DNA of 64,000 nt, taken from the NCBI GenBank assembly GCA_043803945.1, contig JAZDJN010000054.1:108945-172944 (forward strand), read 5' to 3'. The translations under genes were made by a program, and so were the position numbers. Source of the stretch: a bacterium. Its GTDB lineage: Bacteria; Bacteroidota; Ignavibacteria; UBA10030. Below the pieces are notes generated by a model. The model ran no database searches. It worked only from the letters and a program-made list of their open reading frames with translations, and was not told where the DNA came from. Below are positions 10,624-19,408 of the stretch, piece after piece. Position 1 is the first letter of the stretch; each line of letters starts with the position of its first letter.

Positions 10624-11588
10624 TGAAACATGATGACTACAAAAACCTTCTTTATCTGCATTGCTGGGATGAGGCAGATGATGATCAAAAAGGCATTCTG
10701 AAAAAGCATCTCCTCACCTGCAAGGAATGCCGCATTGAGTTGTCTGAAATCGATGGGATGAAGCATATCCTGCAGGATCAAAGCTCGATCGAAGTGACCG
10801 ATGATATGCTCGCAGAGGCACGCCGTGAGCTTCGCGTTGCACTTCGACTGGAGAAGAATAAACGTCGATCATTCCAGGAACTACTGGAATACCTCTCCAT
10901 ATTTTTCGAGCGCCCGATTCCCATTGCCATCGGCGGAGTAAGCTTGGTGCTGACCGGCCTGCTCGTTGGGTACTTTGCATTTCAACCTTCTGAACCAGGA
11001 AGTGATTTCCGATTGACAGGAATAACACAAGCGAATACTCCTGAGAGTGAGGAGCCGCAAATCACAAATTTCCGCCTCACAACTCAGGATCAGTTCTCCG
11101 GCCAGGTTGAAATAGAGTTTGATCTTATAACACCCGTCAAAATGCGCGGCACAGCGGATGATCCCGCAATTCAGAAAGTGCTGGCTCAGACACTTCTTGA
11201 TGAACAAAATCCGGGCGCTCGGTTACGCACAGTCACAGCATTAGCCTCTCAGATGGAAAAAACCAAGCGGCTCGATACAGAGACAAAGTCAGCTTTGATT
11301 TTCAGCCTGAAGGCCGATCCCAATGATGGGGTTCGTAAGGAAGCGCTGCGAACACTGCTGCAATTTCCGATGGACAAAGAGATTAAACAGGCACTTACCT
11401 ATGTTTTGCAGAAAGATATCAATCCCGCTATGCGCATTGAGGCTATTAACAGTCTCGGGAAGTTGATGACGGAGTCGAATTCACAGGATACCGATATCCT
11501 GAATGTCTTAAAAGAAAAAATGGAACGTGATAATAATAATTACATTCGCATTCGTGCGAGCAACCTCTTAAAGGAGATACAACAATGA
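10623..11588 (+). CDS. Membrane anti-sigma factor: zf-HC2, one TM helix, extracytoplasmic HEAT-like repeats
   Basis: HLLTCKEC (HxxxCxxC); TM AIGGVSLVLTGLLVGYFAF; NPGARLR, NDGVRKEAL, NPAMRIEAI repeats. Confidence 0.82.
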   Translation: MKHDDYKNLLYLHCWDEADDDQKGILKKHLLTCKECRIELSEIDGMKHILQDQSSIEVTDDMLAEARRELRVALRLEKNKRRSFQELLEYLSIFFERPIPIAIGGVSLVLTGLLVGYFAFQPSEPGSDFRLTGITQANTPESEEPQITNFRLTTQDQFSGQVEIEFDLITPVKMRGTADDPAIQKVLAQTLLDEQNPGARLRTVTALASQMEKTKRLDTETKSALIFSLKADPNDGVRKEALRTLLQFPMDKEIKQALTYVLQKDINPAMRIEAINSLGKLMTESNSQDTDILNVLKEKMERDNNNYIRIRASNLLKEIQQ

Positions 11589-12790
11589 AACGGTACCTAT
11601 TGGTTACATTCGTGATCCTTGGCTTGATGGCCGCGTCTCTCTCTGCAGCAACGCGTGATGGAGAGAGTGAACGATCAAAATCTTTCGCCGTCACCAAAGG
11701 CGGAAAGCTCATTGTAAAAGTCTATGGTGGTGAGTTGAAAATTACGAGCTGGGAAAAGAATGAAGTGTTCGCAAAGGTGACCAAGCTCGATGAGAAGGAT
11801 AGCGAACAGCTTGTTATGGAACAGGATGGCAATACGGTACGAATCGAATTGAAGAATAAATCTTCACGTTCGAGGCGGCAATCACCGGAATTTGCAATCA
11901 GTATTCCGTCTCAATTCGATGCCCAGTTGTCTACGGGTGGCGGCGGCATTAGTGTGCAAGGGAAAATTAAAGGTTCGGTAACCGGCACCACAGGTGGAGG
12001 AAGTATCACCCTAGAAGATGCCGTGGAAGGAGAATTGAATCTTACGACTGGGGGTGGTGAGATTAGGGCAAAAAATGTTGCTGGCAATACAACACTGACA
12101 ACCGGAGGCGGAGAAATTTCTATCGGAAGTATTGAGGGGAAGGTTACAGTAACAACTGGCGGCGGCTCGGTAACCCTCGATAAGGTATTGGGTGAATTGA
12201 CAGTAACAACCGGTGGCGGAAATATCGTCGTTGAGAGTGTTACAAAATCCCTGAAAGCGACCACCGGTGGCGGCGAGATTTACATTAAGAATGCCGGGGG
12301 AGACATCAAAGCCTCATCGGGTGGCGGCGAAATGAAAATCGGCAAAGTCACAGGAAATGCAACGATGAGCACTGGGGGTGGGGCTATAAGCCTGGATGGT
12401 GCCACCGGTAAGGTTTCCTTAACAACGGGTGGGGGCGAATTGGATATCCGCAATGTAACCGGTTCAGTCAAAGCGACCACCGGTGGAGGCGATATCGTAG
12501 CAGAATTGAGGCCCACGGGGCAGGGGGGTAGTAAACTAACCTCTGGTGGCGGAGATATTACACTCTATGTTCCGGAAGACGCCAGGGTTACGATCATTGC
12601 CGTCATTAAGGTTGAGGACAAGGATGATTTCAAAAAGTATAAAATAATGTCAGAATTTAAGCATGATAAGTATGAATCTAACGATCGCGATGAGGAAATA
12701 CGGGCTGTTTATACGCTGAATGGCGGGGGAGAAGAAATTACACTTACCACTTCAGAATCCGACATCACGATAAAAAAGCTTAAGAAATAG
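11585..12790 (+). CDS. Exported DUF4097-like beta-solenoid protein
   Basis: Signal peptide; 12 (T/S)(T/S)GGG repeats at about 18-19 aa spacing. Confidence 0.8.
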   Translation: MKRYLLVTFVILGLMAASLSAATRDGESERSKSFAVTKGGKLIVKVYGGELKITSWEKNEVFAKVTKLDEKDSEQLVMEQDGNTVRIELKNKSSRSRRQSPEFAISIPSQFDAQLSTGGGGISVQGKIKGSVTGTTGGGSITLEDAVEGELNLTTGGGEIRAKNVAGNTTLTTGGGEISIGSIEGKVTVTTGGGSVTLDKVLGELTVTTGGGNIVVESVTKSLKATTGGGEIYIKNAGGDIKASSGGGEMKIGKVTGNATMSTGGGAISLDGATGKVSLTTGGGELDIRNVTGSVKATTGGGDIVAELRPTGQGGSKLTSGGGDITLYVPEDARVTIIAVIKVEDKDDFKKYKIMSEFKHDKYESNDRDEEIRAVYTLNGGGEEITLTTSESDITIKKLKK

Positions 12791-12811
12791 CTCATATTAA
12801 AGTTTGCTCAC

Positions 12812-12846
12812 AAGCCCCTTGACCTAGATTGGTGAGGGGCTTTTTC
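12812..12846 (+). terminator. Rho-independent terminator
   Basis: AAGCCCCT...AGGGGCTTTTT. Confidence 0.8.
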
Positions 12847-12942
12847 TATATCCTCCCAAGAAACCTATCTTTGGAAAACCAACCCAGGTTTATTGAATTT
12901 CCTCCGTTATGTTCATAACCTTAGAATAATTCCTTGCCTTGT

Positions 12943-12970
12943 CAACCGATGGTCTGACGATGGCGTCTAA
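12943..12970 (+). promoter_or_regulatory. Putative ECF-type promoter
   Basis: CAACC-N17-GTCTAA (-10 CGTCTA). Confidence 0.6.
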
Positions 12971-13001
12971 ACAATGTAAGCTCAAGCAGAAGGAACTCTT
13001 G

Positions 13002-13553
13002 ATGGCTGAATCCCTGGAGCGCCAACTTGTCTGCCAGGTTAAAGAGGGAAGTCAGGAAGCATTTCGTGAACTTGTTCAAATGAAGATGAAGCAAGCATAC
13101 GATTTGGCGTACAGCTTTGTGAACGATCATGACGATGCGGAAGATATCACACAGGAATCATTTGTCAAAGCATATCAATCCATGGCGAATTTTCGCGAGG
13201 ACGCTGAATTCGGAACCTGGCTCTATCGGATTGTTACAAATACCGCTCTCGATCGATTGAAACAGAAAAAACGCAAGAAGAATCGAACTCTTTCACTGGA
13301 CGATTCGGAGGTGAAGACGATGGCAATATCACATGTCAACCAGGATGAGATGGACCTCAGTATTCATATTGAACGGGCACTCCATGAACTTCCCACACTA
13401 CAGCGTGCTGTGGTGATTCTGCGCCACTATGATGGCCTTTCAACACGGGATGTGAGCAAAATTCTTCAATGCTCGGAAGGGACTGTGAAAACCCATCTTC
13501 ATCGTGGTTTGAAGAAGATGAGAAGCACTTTGAATTTTCTGGTGGAGGCTTAG
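13002..13553 (+). CDS. Second ECF sigma factor
   Basis: DAEDITQESF, FGTWLYRI, GTVKTHLHRG; SD AAGGA. Confidence 0.93.
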   Translation: MAESLERQLVCQVKEGSQEAFRELVQMKMKQAYDLAYSFVNDHDDAEDITQESFVKAYQSMANFREDAEFGTWLYRIVTNTALDRLKQKKRKKNRTLSLDDSEVKTMAISHVNQDEMDLSIHIERALHELPTLQRAVVILRHYDGLSTRDVSKILQCSEGTVKTHLHRGLKKMRSTLNFLVEA

Positions 13554-13555
13554 CA

Positions 13556-14353
13556 ATGAGACATCGAACGGTACAAAATTTACTCTACGACTATCTTAAC
13601 GACGAATTATCTGCACCCGAAGCAGCTCAGGTTCGCGATCATTTAGCACGATGCAATAAATGCTTTGGTGAACAACAAATCATCAAGGAAAGCATACGCC
13701 TGTTGCAGCCGAAGCAGGTGAAGCCGAGTGAGAGTTTGTCTGAAACATACTGGCACAACTTTGCTGTCGAAATTCTGCATCAGGTTCAGTCTGGCGCAAA
13801 AAAAGAGAACGCGCTAAAGTTATGGTGGGAATCGAACCGATACTGGTTTCTCTCTCGCAAATCATATTCGCTTTCAATCGCCGGTGGACTTGCGTTGGTA
13901 ATCCTGGCAGTGTTTCTCTGGCCGCTCACCCGATCTGTTGATCCCGAAGTTGGAAATTCAATCAGACTAGTGTCAGAATCTCCAGATGAGCAGGTGAATC
14001 AGGAATTATCGGACTACTTCCATAAATCGAAAATACTCCTGGTAGGCATCTCGAACATCCGATCGGAGGATGTAGGGAACATTGATCTTTCCGTTGAACG
14101 CGATGCTGCAAGAAACCTGGTGAGGCAGGCTCGTACCTTCGATCATAAAGAGGTCGATGCCCGCTCTCGAATGCTCATTAAGGCTATGGAGAAGATCCTC
14201 ATTGAATTGGCAAATATGGAAGAGCGGGACGGGCTTTCTGACGTCGAGCTCATTCGTACAGGAATTCGGGAAGAGAACATGCTCTTCAAGATCAGAATGG
14301 CAGAAACAGCGGCCGGCGCACGGCAAGAGAATTCAGATAAGAATAATAATTAA
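13556..14353 (+). CDS. zf-HC2 membrane anti-sigma factor
   Basis: HLARCNKC; TM IAGGLALVILAVFLW; SD GGAGG. Confidence 0.82.
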   Translation: MRHRTVQNLLYDYLNDELSAPEAAQVRDHLARCNKCFGEQQIIKESIRLLQPKQVKPSESLSETYWHNFAVEILHQVQSGAKKENALKLWWESNRYWFLSRKSYSLSIAGGLALVILAVFLWPLTRSVDPEVGNSIRLVSESPDEQVNQELSDYFHKSKILLVGISNIRSEDVGNIDLSVERDAARNLVRQARTFDHKEVDARSRMLIKAMEKILIELANMEERDGLSDVELIRTGIREENMLFKIRMAETAAGARQENSDKNNN

Positions 14354-14366
14354 TTGGAGAAACGTC

Positions 14367-16382
14367 ATGAATCAATTACGAACTTCTATCCTCACCTCTG
14401 TGGTAATGATGTGCTGCTCAATTGCAGTATCACAGGAGCAACATGCATCTGCAACTGTGCAGGAGCACAACATTTCTGCGGCGACTGCACAGACAGCGTC
14501 AGGGCTTTTGTACCAGAGCGAGGCAGCCAGTGAGATCAACCTGCGTGAGCGTGAGGAACAGGATGACCCATCGTATACACAGTATAAGGCTGGCTACAAG
14601 TGTATTCTCGATGAACAATTCGAGAAAGCACGACAACTATTTTCCGAGATGATAAAAAAATATCCGAAGAGCAAGCATCTCGATAAAGCAGAGTATTGGT
14701 CAGCGTATTCCTGGAAAAACAGTGACAGAAAGAAAGCATCGAGTGCCTTCAAAGCGTTTATCAAAAAATATCCCTCGAGCAGCTATTTTGATGATGCCAT
14801 TGCAGAACTCACCAATCTCCAGGGCGGTGAAAAAAATCTTGGTGGATCAATGGGGATAGCCTATCCCACTGGAAGTTATTCCCTGAGTGCGGAGCGATAC
14901 TATCTTGAGGCACAGGAAGCAAAAGCTCGATCGCTCTTCCAATCCCAATATCAAGTGGTTCAAAAGTATAACATGGATCAGAATGCCAAGGAGTTAGTTC
15001 AACGCTACAAGTCGCAGGTGAGTGCAGCAGCCGGATTATCGTATAGCACCAGTGCAGAAGTAAAAAAGGAAGATCCGAAACTCAGAATGAAACGGGAAGC
15101 TCTCCAGGCTCTTGTTCGTTCCAATAAAGATGAGAAGACATTCGAAGTCGTCAAAGCGATGGTGTTCGATAGCACTCAGCCTGAAAGCATACGCGAAACA
15201 GCACTCCAGGCTCTCACGCAATTCAATAAGAAGGAGCTGACAGAAATCTATTTGCAATTCATGAAGAGCGATGCCCCAAACAAATTGAAACAACGCGCAC
15301 TATATGCAATGGCTTCGTCGGGAAAGGATAATGAAAAAGTATTCCAGATGATCAAGCAGGTGGCCCTTGATACCAAGGAGGATGAAGAGATGCGGCAGGC
15401 AGCGCTCCATGCTCTTCAATTTGTGAGTGATTCTGCAGCGGTGGGTCTCTATACCCAGATAGCCAATCAAGATGCTGATAAGAAAATTCGCTCATCAGCG
15501 GTCTATAAACTCGGCTCCATGCATCGCTCAGATGATCCACGGATCTTTGAAGCGATCAAAGAGTTTGCATTGAATCAACAAGCCGAACCAGAGGTGCGTG
15601 AAGCGGCACTCTACTCCCTCAGACAATTTGAAAAGAAGAAGGTCCTCGATACCTTCCTCAAGATAGCGAAAACTGATCCGGATATAAAAATCAGAGTCAT
15701 TGCAATCAGGAATTTGATGGGGAGTTCAGAGGATCCTCAAGCGGCAAGCTTCCTCAAAGAAGTTATCCTCAATAAAGAGAGCGATTACCAGGAAAAAGAA
15801 GCTGCACTCTATTCCATTGAAACAACGAAAGAGGGCGGACATGAACAGCTCTATGCCGAAATCTTAAAGAGTTCATCGGACGAACGATTCCGAGAAATGG
15901 CCTTACATTTACTGGTCAGAGCGAATAAAGATAATCCCTCTAAAAATCTCCAGATTCTGCGCGAAATAATTTTGGATCTATCGAAACCTAATCGTCTCCG
16001 CGAGGGTGCACTTGCAAGTCTCGCCTCATTGCGCAATGATGCCGCTCTCAGCTTATTGCTCGAAGTCGCAAAATCGGAAAAGGATGAGCGAATTAAGACG
16101 GCTGCAATTTACCAGATCGCCAATAGCAGCAAGAACAAAGCTAAATCGTTGGAGACATTAATTTCTCTCTTCGATTCTCTCGACAAGAAATCGTCTCAAG
16201 TTGCCCCCAGCCTCCTCTATGCGATCGCATCAATTGGAACGGAGCAAGCCGTTGACTTCCTCGCAAAGGTTGCAAAAACCCATGAGAACATGGATCTGCG
16301 TCAACAGGCTGTTGCGTTCCTAGGAAACATTGGTGGTGAGAAAGCCAGAAATGTTCTCCTCGATATTCTGAAGGAGAAGTGA
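14367..16382 (+). CDS. Exported protein with an N-terminal BamD/YfiO-like TPR and many HEAT repeats
   Basis: Signal peptide; KKYPKSKHLDKAEYW; repeated R-E/Q-x-AL motifs; SD GGAG before ATG 14367. Confidence 0.8.
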   Translation: MNQLRTSILTSVVMMCCSIAVSQEQHASATVQEHNISAATAQTASGLLYQSEAASEINLREREEQDDPSYTQYKAGYKCILDEQFEKARQLFSEMIKKYPKSKHLDKAEYWSAYSWKNSDRKKASSAFKAFIKKYPSSSYFDDAIAELTNLQGGEKNLGGSMGIAYPTGSYSLSAERYYLEAQEAKARSLFQSQYQVVQKYNMDQNAKELVQRYKSQVSAAAGLSYSTSAEVKKEDPKLRMKREALQALVRSNKDEKTFEVVKAMVFDSTQPESIRETALQALTQFNKKELTEIYLQFMKSDAPNKLKQRALYAMASSGKDNEKVFQMIKQVALDTKEDEEMRQAALHALQFVSDSAAVGLYTQIANQDADKKIRSSAVYKLGSMHRSDDPRIFEAIKEFALNQQAEPEVREAALYSLRQFEKKKVLDTFLKIAKTDPDIKIRVIAIRNLMGSSEDPQAASFLKEVILNKESDYQEKEAALYSIETTKEGGHEQLYAEILKSSSDERFREMALHLLVRANKDNPSKNLQILREIILDLSKPNRLREGALASLASLRNDAALSLLLEVAKSEKDERIKTAAIYQIANSSKNKAKSLETLISLFDSLDKKSSQVAPSLLYAIASIGTEQAVDFLAKVAKTHENMDLRQQAVAFLGNIGGEKARNVLLDILKEK

Positions 16383-16414
16383 TTCTCACACAAGAGTTGT
16401 GATCACTGATCCAC

Positions 16415-16444
16415 AAAGCCCCGGGAAGTTCTTCCGGGGCTTTT
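16415..16444 (+). terminator. Rho-independent terminator (possibly bidirectional)
   Basis: AAAGCCCCGG...CCGGGGCTTTT. Confidence 0.85.
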
Positions 16445-16479
16445 ATTCTTTATTGGGTCTAATACCCCGACGCTTGCGT

Positions 16480-16624
16480 CGTCATTCCGGCCCGCCTGCC
16501 GGCGAGGCAGGCGAAAGCTGGAATCTAGAAACTGGATGCCAGCCTGCCTGCCAACCTGTCCGCCGGAGCTTTGCGTAGGCGGAAGTGCCTGGCACGCAGG
16601 CAGGTAAAGACATTCGGGTGTGAC
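16480..16624. repeat. CGTC-type REP-like element with three CCTG-hairpin inserts (16491-16511; 16543-16604, itself containing 16555-16583)
   Basis: Removing the inserts gives CGTCATTCCGGC-GAAA-GCTGGAATC...CTGGATGCC...TCGGGTGTGAC. Confidence 0.8.
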
Positions 16625-16659
16625 AGTTATTTTCTTTTTGGATAACCGCATGTTTAGTT

Positions 16660-17772
16660 TTAAAGATGCGGGCTTCTGACAAAATATTTGCCGGGCAGTT
16701 GTGTAACGACTCCTTTAAATTCCAGGGAGAGCAGTTGCACCAATGCATCGGATGTCGAGGTTTCGGCTTGTTCTGCGAGAGTATCGATATGTATTGGCTC
16801 GGCCGAGAGGCACTCAAAGATCGCCCGTTCGAAAAGAGTGAGTGTGATTGTCGGAAGAGCCTCATGCACGCGTTCCTTTTTAAGCAAAGGGCGGAATTGC
16901 AGCTCAAGCTCGCTCAGAACATCCTCGGCAGAGAGAACAAGTTTTGCCCGTCCTTCCCGGATTAGTGTATTTGGTCCCGCACTACGTTTCTCATTGATGT
17001 TCCCCGGTACGGCAAAGACCTCCCGATTTTGATCCAACGCTGTTGATGCAGTAATCATGGCACCTCCGTCAATTGCCGATTCAATCACGATGGTGCCGAA
17101 CGTCATTCCACTTATAATTCTGTTCCGTCGCGGAAAATTTGTTGCATCGGGCTTGGCTCCCATGGGAAATTCAGAAATGATCGCGCCATGTTCAGCAATC
17201 CGCTCCATCAGTTTTTGATTCTCCGGGGGATAAGGGATGTCAATCCCCGAGCCAATGACGGCAATCGTCCTGCAATGGGTGCTCACACAGTTCGAATGAG
17301 CAATGGTATCGATCCCTCTTGCAAGACCGCTTACAATGGTAACGCCGAGAGTGGAGAGTTCTTTCGTAAACATTTCGGCGATCATCCGGCCGTAGTGCGA
17401 AGGTGCGCGTGTTCCGACGATCGCGATGGCAAACCGATCCTCCACCTTCAATTTTCCCAATACAAAGATGAAGGCAGGAGGGTCATAGATCTTTTTTAAG
17501 AGATCGGGGTACTCCTTTTCCCATATCGTAATTATTCTGCCACCGGTGTTGTTCAATCGTTTCAACTGTTGGGTCGCGAATTGGTTGCCGGTCTTGTGAT
17601 GGGCAATGCTGGAGGCAAGTTTTTTTTCGATTCCCTGAACCTGAATCAATTCCCGCGGCGATGCTTGCAGCACTTCTGCAGGCCCGCCGAAGTGTGCTAC
17701 AAGCGCGCGAATTTTATGAGGTCCTATACGCGGAACGGAGGAGAGAGCAAGCAGCTCTTTGACATTGATCAT
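16660..17772 (-). CDS. dprA: DNA-processing protein DprA
   Basis: AIVGTR, VSGLARGID, FPRRNRIISG, C-terminal winged helix. Confidence 0.96.
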   Translation of the reverse strand: MINVKELLALSSVPRIGPHKIRALVAHFGGPAEVLQASPRELIQVQGIEKKLASSIAHHKTGNQFATQQLKRLNNTGGRIITIWEKEYPDLLKKIYDPPAFIFVLGKLKVEDRFAIAIVGTRAPSHYGRMIAEMFTKELSTLGVTIVSGLARGIDTIAHSNCVSTHCRTIAVIGSGIDIPYPPENQKLMERIAEHGAIISEFPMGAKPDATNFPRRNRIISGMTFGTIVIESAIDGGAMITASTALDQNREVFAVPGNINEKRSAGPNTLIREGRAKLVLSAEDVLSELELQFRPLLKKERVHEALPTITLTLFERAIFECLSAEPIHIDTLAEQAETSTSDALVQLLSLEFKGVVTQLPGKYFVRSPHL

Positions 17773-17886
17773 AACAATAACCCTGTGAACGGTGCGATAA
17801 AGGAAGACGAACGAAACAGCAATAAAAACTATCTGAACAGTTTTACCCCTCCACGTCTATTGATGTATTACCAATGTAAAAAGCCA

Positions 17887-19251
17887 TTACAGTGAAAATA
17901 CTTTTTCCTTCAATTGCTTTACAAGCTGATCCGCCTGATCCTTCTGCGGAGCCTCGGCAATTAGGCGAATAATCGGTTCGGTGTTCGATTTACGCAGATG
18001 AATCCAATAGTCAGGAAAATCTATTTTCAAGCCATCCTCTGTATTGATCGCTGCGGAGCTGGAATACTGGTCCTGGATTATTTTTAACACTTCATCAGGA
18101 TTCAATGAGGCTATGTTCACTTTCCCCTTTGAGATAAAATACTGGGGAAGGCTTTTCTTCAACTCGGACATCGTTCCTCCGAACTCGACAAGGTGTTGCA
18201 GGGCGAGTCCAATACCCACAGGAGCATCTCTTCCAATGTGCGAGGCCGGCAGAATGACACCGCCGCTTCCTTCTCCACCAACAAGTGCCCCAATCTCCTT
18301 CATCTTTTTTGCCACATTGATTTCGCCAACCGGAGTTCGATGCACACGCGCTCCATAGAGTGCTGCAATATCATCGACGGCTCTTGTGGTGGAAAGGTTG
18401 ACGACCACCTCTGCATTCCGAATTTTCTGAGCTTCTTTTCCAAGAACGAATTTGATGATACTGGCAATGGTGTACTCTTCACCGATAGGCTCACCATGCT
18501 CGTCTATCAGCACGAGGCGATCAACATCAGGATCCACTGCGATGCCAAGGTCTGCCCCCGCAATTTTCACTTGCTCACATAAGGATGTCAAATTCTCTGG
18601 AATGGGTTCCGGAGTATGTGAGAATATTCCGGAGAGATTTGTATTCATCTCAACGAGTTCGCATCCAAACTCCCGGAGCAGTTGTGGAATAATCCGACCT
18701 CCGGCGGCGTTGACGCAATCCACAACAACTTTTAGTTTCCTTTTCTGAATTGCCTCCTGGTCGATATAGGGGAGAGCGAGAACATTGAGGATATGCTGGT
18801 CGATAAAACAATCATCGTGAATATACGAGCCTTGAGCGTTCCAAGGTGTGTACTTCCATCGTCTGGAATTTGCTATATCCCAAAAATCTTTATTCTCACC
18901 CGGATCGAGAAAGAGTCCTGTATAAGACATGAATTTGAGTCCATTCCATTCGATGGGATTATGGCTGGCAGTAATGGAGATTCCTCCTGCGGCGCGTTTT
19001 TTCTCGACACCAAGCTGAACAGTTGGAGTTGGACAGACACCAATATCGAGGACATCGCAGCCCATAGAAAGAAGAGTTGAGATAACAAGGTTGGAAATGG
19101 ATGCCCCTGTAATTCTTCCATCCCTCCCGACCACAACCAATCCCCGATTACAATATTCACTATACGCTGCTGCATATTTGATGATGACTTCGGGAGTCAG
19201 GCTTTCGCCGACGATCCCGCGAATTCCGGAAATACTCACCATTAATGACAT
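17887..19251 (-). CDS. glmM: Phosphoglucosamine mutase / phosphomannomutase family
   Basis: SISGIRG, ITASHNP, DPDVDR, GEGSGG. Confidence 0.85.
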   Translation of the reverse strand: MSLMVSISGIRGIVGESLTPEVIIKYAAAYSEYCNRGLVVVGRDGRITGASISNLVISTLLSMGCDVLDIGVCPTPTVQLGVEKKRAAGGISITASHNPIEWNGLKFMSYTGLFLDPGENKDFWDIANSRRWKYTPWNAQGSYIHDDCFIDQHILNVLALPYIDQEAIQKRKLKVVVDCVNAAGGRIIPQLLREFGCELVEMNTNLSGIFSHTPEPIPENLTSLCEQVKIAGADLGIAVDPDVDRLVLIDEHGEPIGEEYTIASIIKFVLGKEAQKIRNAEVVVNLSTTRAVDDIAALYGARVHRTPVGEINVAKKMKEIGALVGGEGSGGVILPASHIGRDAPVGIGLALQHLVEFGGTMSELKKSLPQYFISKGKVNIASLNPDEVLKIIQDQYSSSAAINTEDGLKIDFPDYWIHLRKSNTEPIIRLIAEAPQKDQADQLVKQLKEKVFSL

Positions 19252-19408
19252 ATTCGGCTCCGACGATGAATGCTTATTAAATTTACACATTGGGAGCTGG
19301 AGATGCAATAAATGCACGATTCACCGGGTCAAGACACAATTCAGTGTACAGGAATCTTGACACTGATGAGCGACATCATTAATTTGGTATAAGCGATCTG
19401 GAGGTACT

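Noticed and set aside
11911-12560. ACNGGNGGNGGN DNA repeats as a CRISPR or tandem array
   Set aside because: They are in-frame coding repeats with synonymous variation, and no cas genes are present.
14157-14366. Longer start for the HEAT protein
   Set aside because: It overlaps the anti-sigma gene; the SD and signal peptide support ATG 14367.
16403-16907. Minus-strand ORFs of 82 and 141 aa
   Set aside because: They read through GC-rich nested palindromes and the end of dprA.
17834-17859. TGAAC...CGTCTA as a third ECF promoter
   Set aside because: The spacer is shorter than in the two motifs above, and it points antisense into glmM.
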